Source: Octopus bimaculoides
Taxonomy: Eukaryota
DNA length: 64,000 nucleotides
Assembly (NCBI RefSeq): GCF_001194135.2
Contig: NC_068986.1
Coordinates: 77,653,242-77,717,241, forward strand
Direction of reading: 5' to 3'
Under the pieces are notes generated by a model that was not told where the DNA came from, made no database searches, and saw only the letters and a list, made by a program, of their open reading frames with translations. Every line of letters begins with the position of its first letter. The first letter of the stretch is position 1. Made by a program: the position numbers and the translations under genes. Shown here one piece after another: positions 62,350 to 64,000 of the stretch.

Positions 62350-64000
62350 TTGTATGCTGAGTTCAAATCCTCTCAAGGACAACGTTGGCTTTCATCATTT
62401 CAGGGTCAATAAATAAAGTATTAGTGCAGGATATTGGATTGGCAGAATTGTTAAAGCATCAAGTGGGATGTTTTGTAGTACCTATTCTGGATCTGTGTGC
62501 TCTGAGTTCAAATTTTGCATAAGGATTCCAATTCCAATAATAGCAATGTCATTATCTTTCATGCATTAAAAGAAAGCATTGAGGCAGTTTGTTGTGGCAG
62601 ATAACAATCAGACAGGCCTCTAACTGTCTCAGCAAAGCTTTACAATGGATACAGGGTATTTTTTTGAAAACTGATCAATGTCAGGATTGAATTCACAATT
62701 ATTTCTTCACACTAATGAAACCCACAAACAAATGGTGCCAGACTTTCAGAAACTGCAGAAACATCCTTGACAACCAGGAAATGCCAACAATACTGGTAAT
62801 ATTACTTTTATACCTTTGATTGTGCTTAAATAGCTTTAATGGCTTTTGATGATGTTAAGAGCAATGTTTTGATCAGGAAGGATTGCAATATCAGTGAGAG
62901 CATTTTAAGCTGTTATTACTGTTATTTTACTGTCTCAAATGTTGTTTCAAAGTCAAGCTATGATTCTAAAACTAGATACATTATTTATTGCAAGCAAATT
63001 AAAATATAAAATACCACTTTGGAATCCTGTTCTAAAAACAGCTTGCTCCAACATTTTCATTTAAGTATCCAACTTTTATGAGAGAAAAATTAGTATATTT
63101 GTTGGAGTGTTGAATTAGATATCTTGTGGGAATCTGTTTTGGTTGATTGCATTCTAAGTTCAAATCCTACAGAGGAAAAGTTTGACTTCTATCTTTATAA
63201 GGTTGATAAATAAAGTTCCAGTCCAAGATAATGGTTTGTCAGGATCGTTAGAGCATCAGACAAGATCTCTTGTATCTATTCCAGCTTTGAGCATTTAGAA
63301 TTCACCATTTACAGTGGAGCAATCTCTAATGGGAGAGTAAGTAAAAAGAAAAAAACTCCAGAAAAATAAGACACCAAATTTAAAAGAGTTTGTGTCCTTA
63401 TTGAGGAAGGACAATCTAAGAACACTAAGTTCTCATTAAGCATCTATGACAAGAATGATGAAGAAGAAGAAGAAGAAGAAGAAGAAGAAGAAGAATATTT
63501 AACTGAGGCTATGTGGCTGTGAAGCAAGTTTCCTAGCCACACAGCAATTCCCCGGAATATTTTTCAATCAAATCAAATAATAAAAATCTTGTAGATGTAC
63601 ACTATAGCAATGTGTTATTGTTTTTAATCTGATTAATAGGATGGTAAAATAAACAAAACAAGAAAGTAATAAAGAGACCCGCAAACATCGAGGGTCAATG
63701 TTTGATTATTACAAAAGTTTGTGTGTGTGGCCTAGTGGTTTGAGCGTTGTGCTTATGAGCATAAGACCATGAGATTGATTCCTGGCTCATGTAGTGTGTT
63801 GCCTCCTTCACATTGCTACAAAATGTGTGAGCCTTGAGAGCGATAGTTCAGACAGGGGTAGTGCTAATTGGGCATAAAGTGGGGCTTGTTCAGTCTTAGC
63901 TGGGTCACTTGGGTGAGGGTGTCTGAGTGTTGAAAAGCCTAAAACACCCACTGACCTCAGGAAACATCACTGATGATATGTCCAGGTACATTGAGAATCA

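Noticed and set aside
63945-63995. GAAACAT...ATGTC and CTGATGA near the window end
   Set aside because: No CUGANGA upstream of the GAAA and no stem I; sequence ends before the downstream context can be judged.

Overview
AT-rich, gap-riddled (many N runs) eukaryotic genomic DNA dominated by microsatellites and decayed retroelements. The SINE/LINE repertoire looks like an octopus (coleoid cephalopod) genome; this is pattern recognition, not a database hit. Almost all ORFs in the supplied track are microsatellite or N-gap artefacts. Only one convincing host exon is visible (minus strand, 14707-15082, Ser/Arg-rich with repeated RxxS motifs, gene not identified), plus two speculative terminal exons. 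Mobile elements: a DD37D (maT) and a mariner transposase remnant; a hAT MITE with an intact 8-bp TSD; RTE, CR1, L1/Tx1-like and R4/Dong-like (RLE) LINE fragments; several Penelope-like GIY-YIG fragments; and three modular tRNA-headed SINE families. The most notable signal is a set of dispersed hammerhead-ribozyme motifs. One (10599-10672, +) has a fully canonical type I core with three stems and an extended, internally looped stem I. Others (49250-49321 -, 30062-30109 +, 29955-29992 +, 336-369 +) are near-canonical or decayed; three of these have the palindromic stem III typical of Penelope-associated hammerheads, and one lies directly in the 3' repeat of a Penelope-like element. Also notable are an RTE LINE C-terminus carrying three C2H2 zinc fingers and RLE LINEs embedded in TAA microsatellites.
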